DNA of 64,000 nt from Octopus sinensis (taxonomy: Eukaryota): NCBI RefSeq assembly GCF_006345805.1, contig NC_043015.1, positions 27,962,001-28,026,000 on the forward strand, given 5' to 3'. Below are positions 1-10,882 of the stretch, piece by piece. Position 1 is the first letter of the stretch, and every line of letters starts with the position of its first letter. The notes beneath the pieces were generated by a model. The model searched no databases. It worked only from the letters and a program-made list of their open reading frames with translations, and was not told the DNA's origin. Made by a program: the position numbers and the translations under genes.

Positions 1-60
1 AACATTGAGTGTCGGTGTCCAAGGAAGTTAAAGAAGTTGTAAAAAGTGGTGATGTTATCT

Positions 61-412
61 TTAACTCTTTAGCATCTAGAATGTTTATTTATTCACATCA
101 AGGGCATCCAGCCATAGAAACTCTGCCAGATCAGACTGGGCCTGATGCAGCCTTCTGGCTTCCAGACCCCAGTTGAACCGTCCAACCCATGCTAGCACGG
201 AAAGCGGATGCTAAACGATGATGATGATGACGATGATGATGTTTTGAATTAATTACGAATTACCTTCTAGCCTGAAGATTTTGATGATGTAATTGCATAT
301 TATAAGAATGACATTGTAGGGTAGATGTGAGAAGTAAGATCTGGCCAGTTTGAATATAAAACAGGTCGAATATTTGTGTCAGATATGGCTGGTTAAAATA
401 CTAAAAAGCTAA
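61..412. mobile_element. piggyBac-type MITE, family F (degenerate, interrupted by an RTE tail at 100-240)
   Basis: Starts TTAA-CTCTTTAGCAT and ends ATACTAAAAAG-CTAA. The body matches the cleaner copies at 58028-58244 and 61996-62185. Confidence 0.6.
100..240 (+). mobile_element. 3' end fragment of the RTE LINE (family B)
   Basis: AAGGGCATCCAGCC...CCAACCCATGCTAGCA...AAAC(GAT)n matches the 3' UTR and tail of the LINE at 5315-5813. Confidence 0.85.
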
Positions 413-631
413 TCCTTTAGCATTCAGTTTATTCTGTCAAATGTAATGCTTATTTATTCTCATCGTTTTCAATTAATCATGTATTATCTTCAAGATGTTG
501 ATGGTGTGATTGCTTATTTTTAGTATGGCATTATAGGATAGGTGTGAGAGGCCAGATCTGTCCGGTTTGAACAGAGAAAAAAAGGTATAACATTAGGGCT
601 GGATATGGTCGGTTTGAATGCTAAAGATTCA
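410..631. mobile_element. piggyBac-type MITE, family F, second tandem copy
   Basis: Terminal inverted repeats CCTTTAGCATTCA and TGAATGCTAAAG. Internal sequence matches the other F copies. Confidence 0.65.
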
Positions 632-823
632 AGTCTAGAAATAAACAGAGATTGTAGTACTGAATGTAGAATGGAAACTTGATTCACAAATTTAGCTATT
701 GTGATTGAAACAACAACATAATCAAAGACGTTAAAAGTACAATTAACTGTTATGGTATGCTAATTATCTTGCTTCTAGCAATTATTTGTACAGTCAAAAT
801 GATTATGTTTTGTATTTAACAGG

Positions 824-1202
824 TCTTTTACTCTTTTACTTGTTTCAGTCATTTGACTGTGGCCATGCTGGAGCACCGCCTTTAGTCGAGCAAAACAACC
901 CCAGGACTTATTCTTTGTAAGCCTAGTACTTATTCTACTTTGCCGAACTGCTAAGTTACGGGAACGTAAACACACCAGCATCGATTGTCAAGCGATGTTG
1001 GGGGGACAAACACACACACATATATACATACATATATACAATGTGCTTCTTTCAGTTTCTGTCTACCAAATCCACTCAAAAGGCTTTGGTCAGCCTGAGG
1101 CTATAGTAGAAGACACTTGCCCAAGGTGCCATGCAGTGGGACCGAACCTGGAACCATGTGGTTTGTAAGCAAGTTACATACCACACAGCCACTCCTACGC
1201 CT
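824..1202 (-). mobile_element. tRNA-derived SINE, family A (about 400 bp)
   Basis: Pol III A box (TGGCTGTGTGGT) and B box (GGTTCRGTCCC) head, central TA/TG microsatellite and (GTAAAAGA)n tail. At least 9 near-full copies in the window. Confidence 0.9.
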
Positions 1203-1361
1203 ATGTGTGGATATCTAAAAACAACCACCAATCCAACCCCATCACCAAAAGAATTATGTTTACATGTGATATGTAGCTCCCAATCTCTTTACTGTAAAAA
1301 GTTATTTGAACCAATATTAATTAAAATATTAATGAAATAATAGGTTTTTTTGTACATAAGC

Positions 1362-1672
1362 AGGCATGGTCACGTAATTTAAGAAGTTTACTTCACAATT
1401 ATGTTGTCAACTATAACTTTGGGTTGATTAATTTCGTGTGAAATTTGGTATTCAGATCTGCTGAATGTGTGTGTGTGTGTGTGATTTTGTCTTGACATTA
1501 CATGAGAATTACAAGTACTGCCATCTTAAAAGCAATATCATTTGTTTTTAGTTGCCTGTGAAAATAGATACAGACAAGGGAATCAGGTGAAGGTTGGTGG
1601 CAGGAAGAGAACCCAGCCATAGAAAATCTGCCTCAACAAATTCTTTGTGACCCATGCAAGCAAAGAAAAGTG
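1362..1672 (+). mobile_element. Degenerate family-A-head SINE with an RTE-like 3' tail (A2)
   Basis: Decayed A head and TG tract, then CAGGTGAAGGTTGG..AGGAAG..CCAGCCATAGAAAA..ACCCATGCAAGC, which resembles the LINE 3' end. Similar copies at 11510-11905, 21180-21550 and 29480-29880. Confidence 0.6.
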
Positions 1673-1764
1673 CATCCCGCATAGTGGGACTGAACCAAGA
1701 ACCATGTGGTTGGAACGCAAGCTTCTTACCTCACAGCCACACCTGCACCTATAAATAAATATGT

Positions 1765-1920
1765 GTGTGTATTTATATATATTTGTGTATATATAATATA
1801 TATATATATTATATATATATATATTATATATATATATATTTGTGTGTGTATATATGTATATATAATTGTATACATATTCACATGCATATACAAATACATA
1901 TATATATATATATATATATT
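1765..1920. repeat. TA/TG-rich microsatellite
   Basis: Long (TA)n runs. These produce the YI-repeat ORFs in the ORF track. Confidence 0.9.
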
Positions 1921-2082
1921 TGTGTGGCTTCCCAGACCCCAGTTGAACCGTCCAACCCATGCTAGCATGGAGAGCGGACATTAAACGACGATGATGATGA
2001 TGATGTACTTGTGTGTGTATATATGTATATGTGTGTACATATGTATATATAATTGTATACATATTCACATGCATATACAAAT

Positions 2083-2265
2083 ACAGACAAAGGGATTGAG
2101 TAGATTACATCGACCCCAGTGCGAAACTGGTACTTAATTCATCGACCCCGAAAGGATGAAAGGCAAAGTCGACCTTGGCGGAATTTGAACTCAGAACATA
2201 ATGCCAGACGAAATACTGCTAAGCATTTCGCCTGGCGTGCTAACGTTTCTGCCAGCTCGCCGCCT
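2083..2265 (-). mobile_element. tRNA-derived SINE, family C (3'-incomplete)
   Basis: Reverse complement reads GGCGGCGAGCTGGCAGAAACGTTAGCACG...GAGTTCAAATTCCGCC (B box). Matches 44808-45040. Confidence 0.85.
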
Positions 2266-4140
2266 TTACATACATACATACACATACATGTTAGTCTTAC
2301 TGCTACTTGCTTGTTACAACTCTACAAGTAGCATTGAGAACACACTATCTATCCTATGTGACTACCGTCCTGCTGGACAATAACATAACAATATGTCTTA
2401 AAAATCCGAAGTCTTCTAATATAGGTTAGAAATCAATAATACACAATATTGCAAGCCAATCAAAAGTTTCGTCTAATCATTGCAACCATTGATTTCAAAG
2501 CTAACGACAACGAGTGTAAGGAGAGGAGGACCTGAAAGAAGCCAGCAGCCCAAAAGTAAACCTAAAATGGAAATGATTATCAGATACATATTGAAATATA
2601 AAATTCACCTGCTCTCTGCTGCTGCAAATGGAGCTTCAAATAATAAGAGACTGATGAGAGAATAAAATAAAAAGAAAAGAAAAAAAAAGAAAAAAAAAAG
2701 AAAGAAAAAGCAACACTGCTAGAAGAATTTCTTTGGAATATATTCATTTCCTCATGGAAGAACACGTGTAAAGAAATCTTTTCTACTCAATCTATGTGAT
2801 AGTAAATGTAAAAAAAAAAAAAAAAAAAAATTAAAAAGAGAACGGGGAGGAAAATAGAAAAGAAAAGAAAAAAACAAAAAGGCTCTGCAAATTTATAGAA
2901 AGTCAATTCTGGTATATTATTCGAGAGATATAATGTAGGTTTTTTGAAAGAAAGAAAGAAGGAAAATCATAAATGAATGAGATTGGATTCGAAGAATAGA
3001 AGAATTTGAATAACATTTTTGAACATGACTACAGAATAATTTTTATTAAGTGGATGTTTGAAGACCTAATGGATTATTAGAAAATTTCTGTTACAAATAC
3101 ATCAACAGGTGTAATGCAGCGAGCTGAAAATCTTTGATCACCTGTGGTTATCTAAGAAATCAGTAGATAAAAAACTCCTGCGCGGCATCTGAAATCCCAG
3201 AAACATGGGAGATAACTTCAATAAGATCAGATAACTGAAGTATTATAGACAATGTACACATGAGTGGATTTGGTCTTTAAAGCTAACTGGCAAAAGTAAC
3301 AGACATGTTTCAGTATTACTTAATGCCCTCAGCTGGAAAGCTGGAGAGTGACCAATACACATAAATCATCATCATTACCATCATCACCACACTCTCTTCT
3401 AAAAATCTGAATTATTATGTATCTCTTCTACAGTAAAAAAACCTGTTCTGCTCTGGGCCCCCTTCGTCTTATACTTCAGCCTTTCTTATCTCCCCCTCTT
3501 TGGAGTTGTAGGTATGCAAGTTGCATGGTGACCACACTAGGTGGCATGAAAAAATGCATTCATTATACAGTGTAAAGCAACAGGCATTAGGGAGGGCATC
3601 CAGCCATAGAAACCATATCAAAGAAAATGTATATATACATTCACACCCCACCACTACCACCACACACATACATACATACATGCAAGCATAGGGTAAGAGA
3701 GCGAGAAAGATGGATAAAGTAGCGATGCTGATTTATGTTAACTGGATTTACAAAGATTTTTCTTTCTGCCACTCAGCTCGTGCATTGATTGACATGCCAC
3801 ATCATCAGCATGCATTCAGAAGTAGACCTATTACACACACGCACACACATCACAAGAATATCGCATAAAAAGAATTTGCAGCTAGCTCACATTTAAGCCT
3901 TTATCTATGATAAGTCACAAGTGCAGATATTCTTTTGCATCAAAAACTGGCCTGAACAATCGGGATTACAATCATATATACATCAAAGGTTATGATTTTC
4001 TGAGTCAATAAGCGCCTTTTGCTTTTTTTTCCTTACATAAGGCATCAGATTTATAGACTAGAAGTAAGTACTTTTGAAGATCTTAGTTCTTTGAAGAGCA
4101 CTAATAATGTAAATAAAATGGAGTTAATATTATACCCCTA

Positions 4141-4528
4141 GTGTGGAAGCACTCCGTCGGTTACGACGACGAGAGTTCCAGTTGATCTGAATCAACGGAA
4201 CAGCCTGCTCGTGAAATTAACGTATAAGTGGCTGAGCACTCCACAGACACGTGCACCCTTAACGTAGTTCTCGGGGATATTCAGCGTGACACAGAGAGTG
4301 ACAAGGCCGGCCCTTTGAAATACAGGTACAACAGAAACAGGAAGTAAGAGTGAGAGAAAGTTGTGGTGAAAGAGTACAGCAGGGATCACCACCATCCCCT
4401 GCCGGAGCCTCGTGGAGCTTTAGGTGTTTTCGCTCAATAAACACTCACAACGCCCGGTCTGGGAATCGAAACCGCGATCCTATGACCGCGAGTCCGCTGC
4501 CCTAACCACTGGGCCATTGCGCCTCCAC
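4141..4528 (-). mobile_element. tRNA-derived SINE, family D head, full length with 14-bp TSD
   Basis: A box TGGCCCAGTGGTTAGG, B box GGTTTCGATTCCC. TSD ATATTATACCCCTA at 4127-4140 and 4529-4542. Confidence 0.92.
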
Positions 4529-5108
4529 ATATTATACCCCTAATGTTTATCTGTAAAAACAGTTGTGTCTCTTACAACTTCCTCTGGTACCCCACCAGCT
4601 TTGTTAGTTGATGAATTGGTTATTCGAAATTGATTATAAGATTCTATCTGGAACTTTCTTTATCATTTGGTTTTAGTCTGATAAAAAGTTGTCTGATAGT
4701 ATATCAAAATGGACGAGATAGAATTAGACTAAAAAAATGCGAGATTCCACCAAACTCACTTAACTGTAGCAAGGAGTTTAAGATATGGGATTAAGGGATT
4801 CCAAATAAGTTTTGTAATAACCATTAATCCTGACCTTGATCCTAACAAACTAGAACTTTTATTCCTATGTACTGTACCAAACATAGGCATTACAGATGGC
4901 TATTACAGAATCCTGAATGTGTACAACTCTTCAAGCCAACACGAATAAGTAAGCCAAGTGAACATTTAAATTCTTAAATTCTATTTTTAATAAATCTCAA
5001 CTTTTTGATTTTTAGAACATCCCTTCTACAATTAACAACCAATGTAAACTTTAAAATTGAAATGTTTAACATAGTAATTCTTGAAAGTAAAAATAAACGT
5101 TAAATATT

Positions 5109-5314
5109 TTAACCCCTTTTGTCTCCATATTTCTGTTGAGATACACTGCCTTTGTTTCAGTTAATTTTGAAAACAATGAAGAACTTAATATAATAACCTT
5201 GTCATTATAGAACTGATGTTTAGAATATAAATTAGTATAAAATTTTAATAGGTTTTAATTTAGTTCACTATACCATAGAAGTACTCTCAGTTGAGTTTGT
5301 ATCAAAAAGGTTAA
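5109..5314. mobile_element. piggyBac-type MITE, family E (diverged)
   Basis: TTAA-CCCCTTTTG...CAAAAAGG-TTAA termini. Body similar to the other E copies. Confidence 0.7.
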
Positions 5315-7145
5315 TCATCATCATCATCATCATCGTTTAGCGTCCGTTTTCCATGCTAGCATGGGTTGGACGGTTCTACTGGGGTCTGTGAAGCCAGAAG
5401 GCTTCATCAAGCCCAGTCAAATCTGGCAGTGTTTCTACGGCTGGATGCCCTTCCTAACGCCAACCACTCCGTGAGTGTAGTGGGTGCTTTTTACGTGCCA
5501 CCCGCACTGGTGCCAGACAGAGCTGGCAAACGGCCACGAACGGATGGTGCTTTTTATGTGCCACCGGCACGAGGGCCAGGCGAGGCTGGCAATGGACACG
5601 AAACGGGGCGGTGCTGGCAACGGTCGCGAAACGGAAAGTTCTCTTACATGCCACCAGCACTGGTAACACATCTGCAATTTCCATTGATCGATTTCGATTC
5701 TGATCGTCACTTGCCTCATCACGTCTTCACAAGTAGAGTTTTGTGTCCCAAGAAGGGAAGGTATGCATACGTAGGCTGACTCCATCCCATGTAGAAGGCC
5801 ACGGGTTATGGACTCACTTGTCCTGCCGGGTCTTCTCGCGCACAGCACACTTCCAGAGGTCTCGGTCTCTAGTCATTTCCTCAGTGAGACCTAAAGTTCG
5901 AAGGTTGTGCTTCACCACCTCGTCCCAGGTTTTCCTGGGTCTGCCTCTTCCACAGGTTCCCTCAACCGCTAGGGTGTGGCACTTTTTCACACAACTATCT
6001 TCATCCATTCTCGCCACATGACCATACCAGCGCAAACGTCTCTCTTGCACACCACAACTGATGCTTCTTAGGTCCAGCTTTTCTCTCAAGGTACTTACAC
6101 TCTGCCGAGTGTGAGTACTGGCATTACACATCCATCGGAGCATACTGGCTTCATTTCTAGCGAGCTTACGCATATCCTCAGCAGTCACGGCCCATGTTTC
6201 ACTGCCATGTAGCATGGCTGTTCGTACACACGCATCATACAGTCTGCCTTTCACTCTGTGCGAGAGGCCTTTTGTCACCAGTAGAGGTAAGAGCTCTCTG
6301 AACTTTGCCCAAGCTATTCTTACTCTAGCAGTTACACTTTCAGCACACCCGCCCCCGCTGCTGACTTGGTCACCTAGGTAACGGAAACTATCAACTATTT
6401 CTAGTTTTTCTCCCTGGAAAGTGACGGAAGTTGGTCTCAGAGCATTTTCAGTGTTTATTGTTCCTGAGCATCTGCCACATACAAAAACCATCTTCCTAGT
6501 TAGCCTTCCTTTGACATTGCTGCATCTCTTATGTGTCCATAGCTTACACTTGGTGCATCTTATAGAGTTTCTACCTACACCTTTTCTACAGATCGAGCAG
6601 GGCCATCTACCTGAAGGTGTTTGTGATTTGTCTACCTTCCTACTGATTATGACTTTGGTTTTAGCTAGATTGACTCTGAGGCCCTTCGATTCTAATCCTT
6701 GTTTCCACACCTGAAACTTCTCCTCCAGTTCTGATAGCGACTCAGCAATTAGAGCAAGGTCATCAGCATAGAGGAGCTCCCAAGGGCATCCTGTCTTGAA
6801 TTCCTCCGTTATTGCCTGGAGGACTATGATAAATAGGAGGGGGCTGAGTACTGAGCCTTGGTGGACTCCTACCTCTACCCGGAATTCTTCACTGTACACA
6901 TTTCCAACCCTCAACCCTACTAGCGGCGTCCCTGTACATGGCCCGCACAGCTCTCACTAACCATTCATCTATCCCTAGTTTCCTCATTGCCCACCAGATA
7001 AGGGATCGGGGGACCCTGTCGAAGGCTTTCTCCATGTCAACAAAAGCCAAGTACAGGGGCTTATCTTTGGCTAGGTATTTCTCCTGCAGCTGCCTTACCA
7101 GGAATATAGCATCAGTAGTACTTTTCCCTGGCACAAACCCAAACT
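5315..7145 (-). mobile_element. 5'-truncated RTE-clade non-LTR retrotransposon
   Basis: RT motifs FGFVPGKSTTDAIF, AFVDMEKAFDRVPR, GVHQGSVLSPLLF, LLYADD and FRYLG, and the RTE-type C-terminus (RRLRWYGHVARM...RGRPRKTW). Followed by a 3' UTR of about 480 bp and a (GAT)n tail. Confidence 0.95.
5814..7145 (-). pseudogene. Reverse transcriptase ORF of the RTE element, with one frameshift near 6913 and no endonuclease region
   Basis: ORFs 6889-7134 and 5814-6914 join as ...RDAASRV/RVGNVYSEEF if one extra base is removed. The ORF contains a C4HC3 zinc-finger motif after YADD. Confidence 0.9.
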
Positions 7146-9600
7146 ATGATGACAAAAAAATGTATATATGTGTGTGTATTGACAAATACATTATACATTA
7201 TCATAGTAGTAATAATTTATTAAAGGCAAGGGAAATCCTCTAAGAGTTGTTTATGTATAAAAATAATGATGTTCCTTACAATTTCTTCCAGTACCAGCTA
7301 CAGCTGCTGACAATATATGCCACTTTTAAGTTGATTAAAGGATTATACCTAGAATTACCTTTATCACAACACAAACATTGCATAGCAGAGACACTTGACA
7401 ATGGAAATCTCCAAAGCTCTGAGTTAATTTAATCAAATACATAAATTTAGCTTTAATGGCAGTCCAGAAGAGATCAGATTGTGGAAGGGAATAAATGAGA
7501 AGCTGTCACAACACAAGGACAATAAAATCTTTAGGAATTACAAACCAACTGCCATTAAAACATTTTTCACAAAATATAATCTTTGTTTTGTTCTTTTTTT
7601 TTAAGATCTATTCATACCTAGGAAAATAATTGGATTGTATACTTGGTTTTCTTGAACTTTTCTTATAGTTTACAATGCTTGGCAATTTCATAGATAGAGG
7701 ACATTAAATTAATAACTTCTATTCCACATGGAAGGTTCTGGTAACGACAGTTGAATAGGTTTAATTCTACATTTAGCAGCTAAGTTGAAAGACTGGTAAA
7801 AAAAAAACTATATCATACATTAACTCTAACAAACAGTAGAAATGTGGCTGTGTGGTAAGTGGTCTGCTTCCCAACCACATGGTTTCAAGTTCAGTTCCAC
7901 AGCATGGCACTTTGAGTAGTCACATAGGATAGATAGTGTGTTCTCAATGCTACTTGTAGAGTTATAACAACAAGCAAGTAGCAGTAAGACTAACATGTAT
8001 GTGTATGTATGTATGTAAAGGCGGTGAGCTGGCAGAAACGTTAGCACGCCAGGCGAAATGCTTAGCAGTATTTCGTCTGCATTGTTTAATAGAAATGTTT
8101 TAATGTATGTCAAAATGAAGTTTCACTTGCTCTTTGATGATCCTCATAGACTGAATTTAATTTTGAACGTTTGAATAGGCTCAGGTGTGGCTGTATAGTT
8201 AAGAAGCTTGCTTCCCAACCATGTGGTCTTGGGTTCAGTCCCACTGCACAGTACCTTGGCCAGGTGTCTTTTGACTATAGCCCTGACCAAGGAAGAAAAG
8301 GATGGAAGCAGTGAAAGCTGATCTTGTGATGCTGTGATGGAAAGGGCCAGTCCAACTCGAACAAGAGTAGAAAAACGGACGTAAAATGAGGATGATGATA
8401 AAATCAAAATGAACAAAACACAAGTAGCATGTCACCACAAGAGAGGTCTTTCTTAACAACCCCCAAATCTTTTGGCACTTCTGTCTCTGTGTTCCCTAAT
8501 TTGTTGGTCAATACCATATCATGAAAGAAAGTTAAGTACTTCAATCTAGCATAATTTAATGGCAGGTTTTTTTAATTTTTTATTTAAAATAATATCATGC
8601 CAGAGCTAAAAATGTAATGCGAGAGATAGAAAGCTAATAATAAGCCGGGAAATCTTGTTATGAGCATTGTGGTTTGCTTCTATTGCCAAATAGTTAAGCA
8701 ATTGTGCAAACATTATGCCAATTTTGTAATGAATGAATATTTCAAGAGTGAATGAATTGATTATCCGTCGCAAATCCTTCTCGGCAGAGTTCAATACAGC
8801 AATAACAAGAAAAAGAAAAAGGAAAAAAAAAAAAGACTACTTCTGGCCTAGAACTGACAAATGTAACAGCTTCATGGACAGAACATGCACATACAGACAC
8901 ACAGACAGACACAAATGGAATAATCAACCATTGAGAATGAGCATAAAAAAGTTATGATAGCAGCTAAAGAGATCTAAATTCCTAATGCCCAACTGGACAC
9001 ATTTATTAAGGAAATATTGATGACAACGCAATGTTGGTTACATTCACTGGTGTACAGCAGAGCTAAATGGAATCTAATAAATTATAGCTGAAGTTGAACA
9101 ATAACGGTTTGAGTGAAAGGTCATCTCAGCAGAGTTTTGAATGAGTCCCAAAACTGAAAACACATTGGTCACTAATTAACTAAAATAAACTGTTTCTTAT
9201 CTTTTTTATGTTGTGCAACAAGGATAAAATACAAAAATGAAATAACAAAAGAAAATAAAAATCAGTCCGAAAGGAGGATATTAAACTTATCGATTGCAAG
9301 TCCAAAGTGCTGCAAGATAGTTGTATGAAAGTAGACTGCTCCGACAGATGTGTACGCAGGGAGGGGGAATGGAAGGAAGGAAGGAAGGGCGGGAGAGAGA
9401 GAGAGAGACTTTCTTTATCTATGTGCAGTTGTCTATGTATGAAAATAATATAAGGAAACCTATTAATAAATACCAATCAGATTAAAACAAATATCTTAAT
9501 TACGTCTGAATAATACTAACAACAACAACAATAATAATGATAATGGTTTTAAATTCGGCACAAGGCCAGCAAGTTCAGGGGAGGGGGATAAGTTGATTAC

Positions 9601-10030
9601 ATCAACACCGATACTTATTTTATCGACCCTGAAAGGATCAACCCCAATACTCATTTTATCGACCCTGAAAGGATCAACCCCAATACTTATTTTATTGACC
9701 CTGAAAGGATCAACCCCAATACTTATTTTATTGACCCTGAAAGGATCAACCCCAATACTTATTTTATTGACCCTGAAAGGATAAACCCCAATTCTTATTT
9801 TATCGACCCTGAAAGGATCAACCCCAATACTTATTTTATTGACCCTGAAAGGATCAACCCCAATACTTATTTTATTGACCCTGAAAGGATCAACCCCAAT
9901 ACTTATTCTATCGACCCTGAAAGGATCAACCCCAATACTTATTTTATCGACCCTGAAAGGATCAACCCCAATACTTATTTTATTGACCCTGAAAGGATCA
10001 ACCCCAATACTTATTTTATCGACCCTGAAA
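9601..10030. repeat. 36-bp minisatellite, about 12 copies, derived from a SINE C-like segment
   Basis: Unit TCAACCCCAATACTTATTTTAT(C/T)GACCCTGAAAGGA repeated with no spacers. It follows a SINE-like leader at 9543-9600. Confidence 0.95.
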
Positions 10031-10154
10031 GCTCTCTATTTGGTTTCAAGCCCCAAAGATGAACTGGCACAAATCAGACATATGCTGTAATATAGAAAAC
10101 TGCTATTTGTAAATCTCTCAATGAGAGATATTCAGCACCAGTACTCTAGAGTAA

Positions 10155-10355
10155 AGATTATTTGCCAACACAACATGGTAGTCCTGGTTTAGGACGAATG
10201 TTGCTGTAATTTAGCACCAGGAGACATCGTCTTGTTCGAAAATATAAGGAAACAGATTGTGTCATATAGCCACCTGGAGACAATGTCTCCTGGGGCTAAA
10301 TTACAGCAGCATTTGTCCTAAACTAGGACTGCCATGTTATGATGGCAAATAATCT
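10155..10355. repeat. Inverted repeat with 78-bp arms and a 45-bp spacer
   Basis: 10155-10232 is the reverse complement of 10278-10355, with scattered mismatches. Confidence 0.85.
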
Positions 10356-10539
10356 ATATGCTGTGATGCTGTATAGCAGAACTTACCCAAATCATGGGCA
10401 AAATGAATGGCAAAATTGTAAATTTTACCATCATCTCTCTTCTCTACCACCACCATGATCTCTCGTCTTCCCTCCCTTAGTTCCTCTTTTTCACATAGAT
10501 ACAAACACGCATGTATTACTGGTATTCCATTGGTTAATG

Positions 10540-10882
10540 GAATACAACGACAAGGGTTCCAGTTGATCTGAACAGCAGAACAGCTCATAAAATTAATGCG
10601 CATGTGGCTGAATACACCACAGACACGTGTACCCATAACATAGTTCTCAGGGAGATTCAGCGTGACACAGTGTGTGACAAGGCTGGCCTTTCAAAATACA
10701 GGTACTACTCATTTTTGCCAGCTGAGTGAACTGGAGCAACGGGGAAAAAAAGTGTCTTACTCAAGGATACAATGCCTCGCTGGGTATTGAACCCACAACC
10801 TCATGATCATGAACTGAATACCCCCAACCGACCTCATGATCATGAGCTGAATACCCCCAACCATTAAGCCATGTGCCTTCAT
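10540..10882 (-). mobile_element. Diverged family-D-related SINE
   Basis: Shares TTCCAGTTGATCTGAA...CAGACACGTG...CAGCGTGACACAG with 4141-4528. A 33-bp tandem duplication lies in the head at 10798-10862. Confidence 0.7.

Noticed and set aside
1583-2080. ORFs rich in Y/I/C/V (also 31485-31879 and 33397-33706)
   Set aside because: These are translations of TA/TG micro- and minisatellites.
4455-4528. tRNA gene (also other A/B box sites)
   Set aside because: These are SINE heads followed by SINE bodies, some with TSDs. I could not build a complete cloverleaf.
5814-6914. Active LINE or host protein gene
   Set aside because: 5'-truncated within the RT, frameshifted, and lacking an endonuclease domain.
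9601-10030. CRISPR-like array with 36-bp periodicity
   Set aside because: The units are contiguous with no unique spacers, they derive from a SINE, and the context is eukaryotic with no cas genes.
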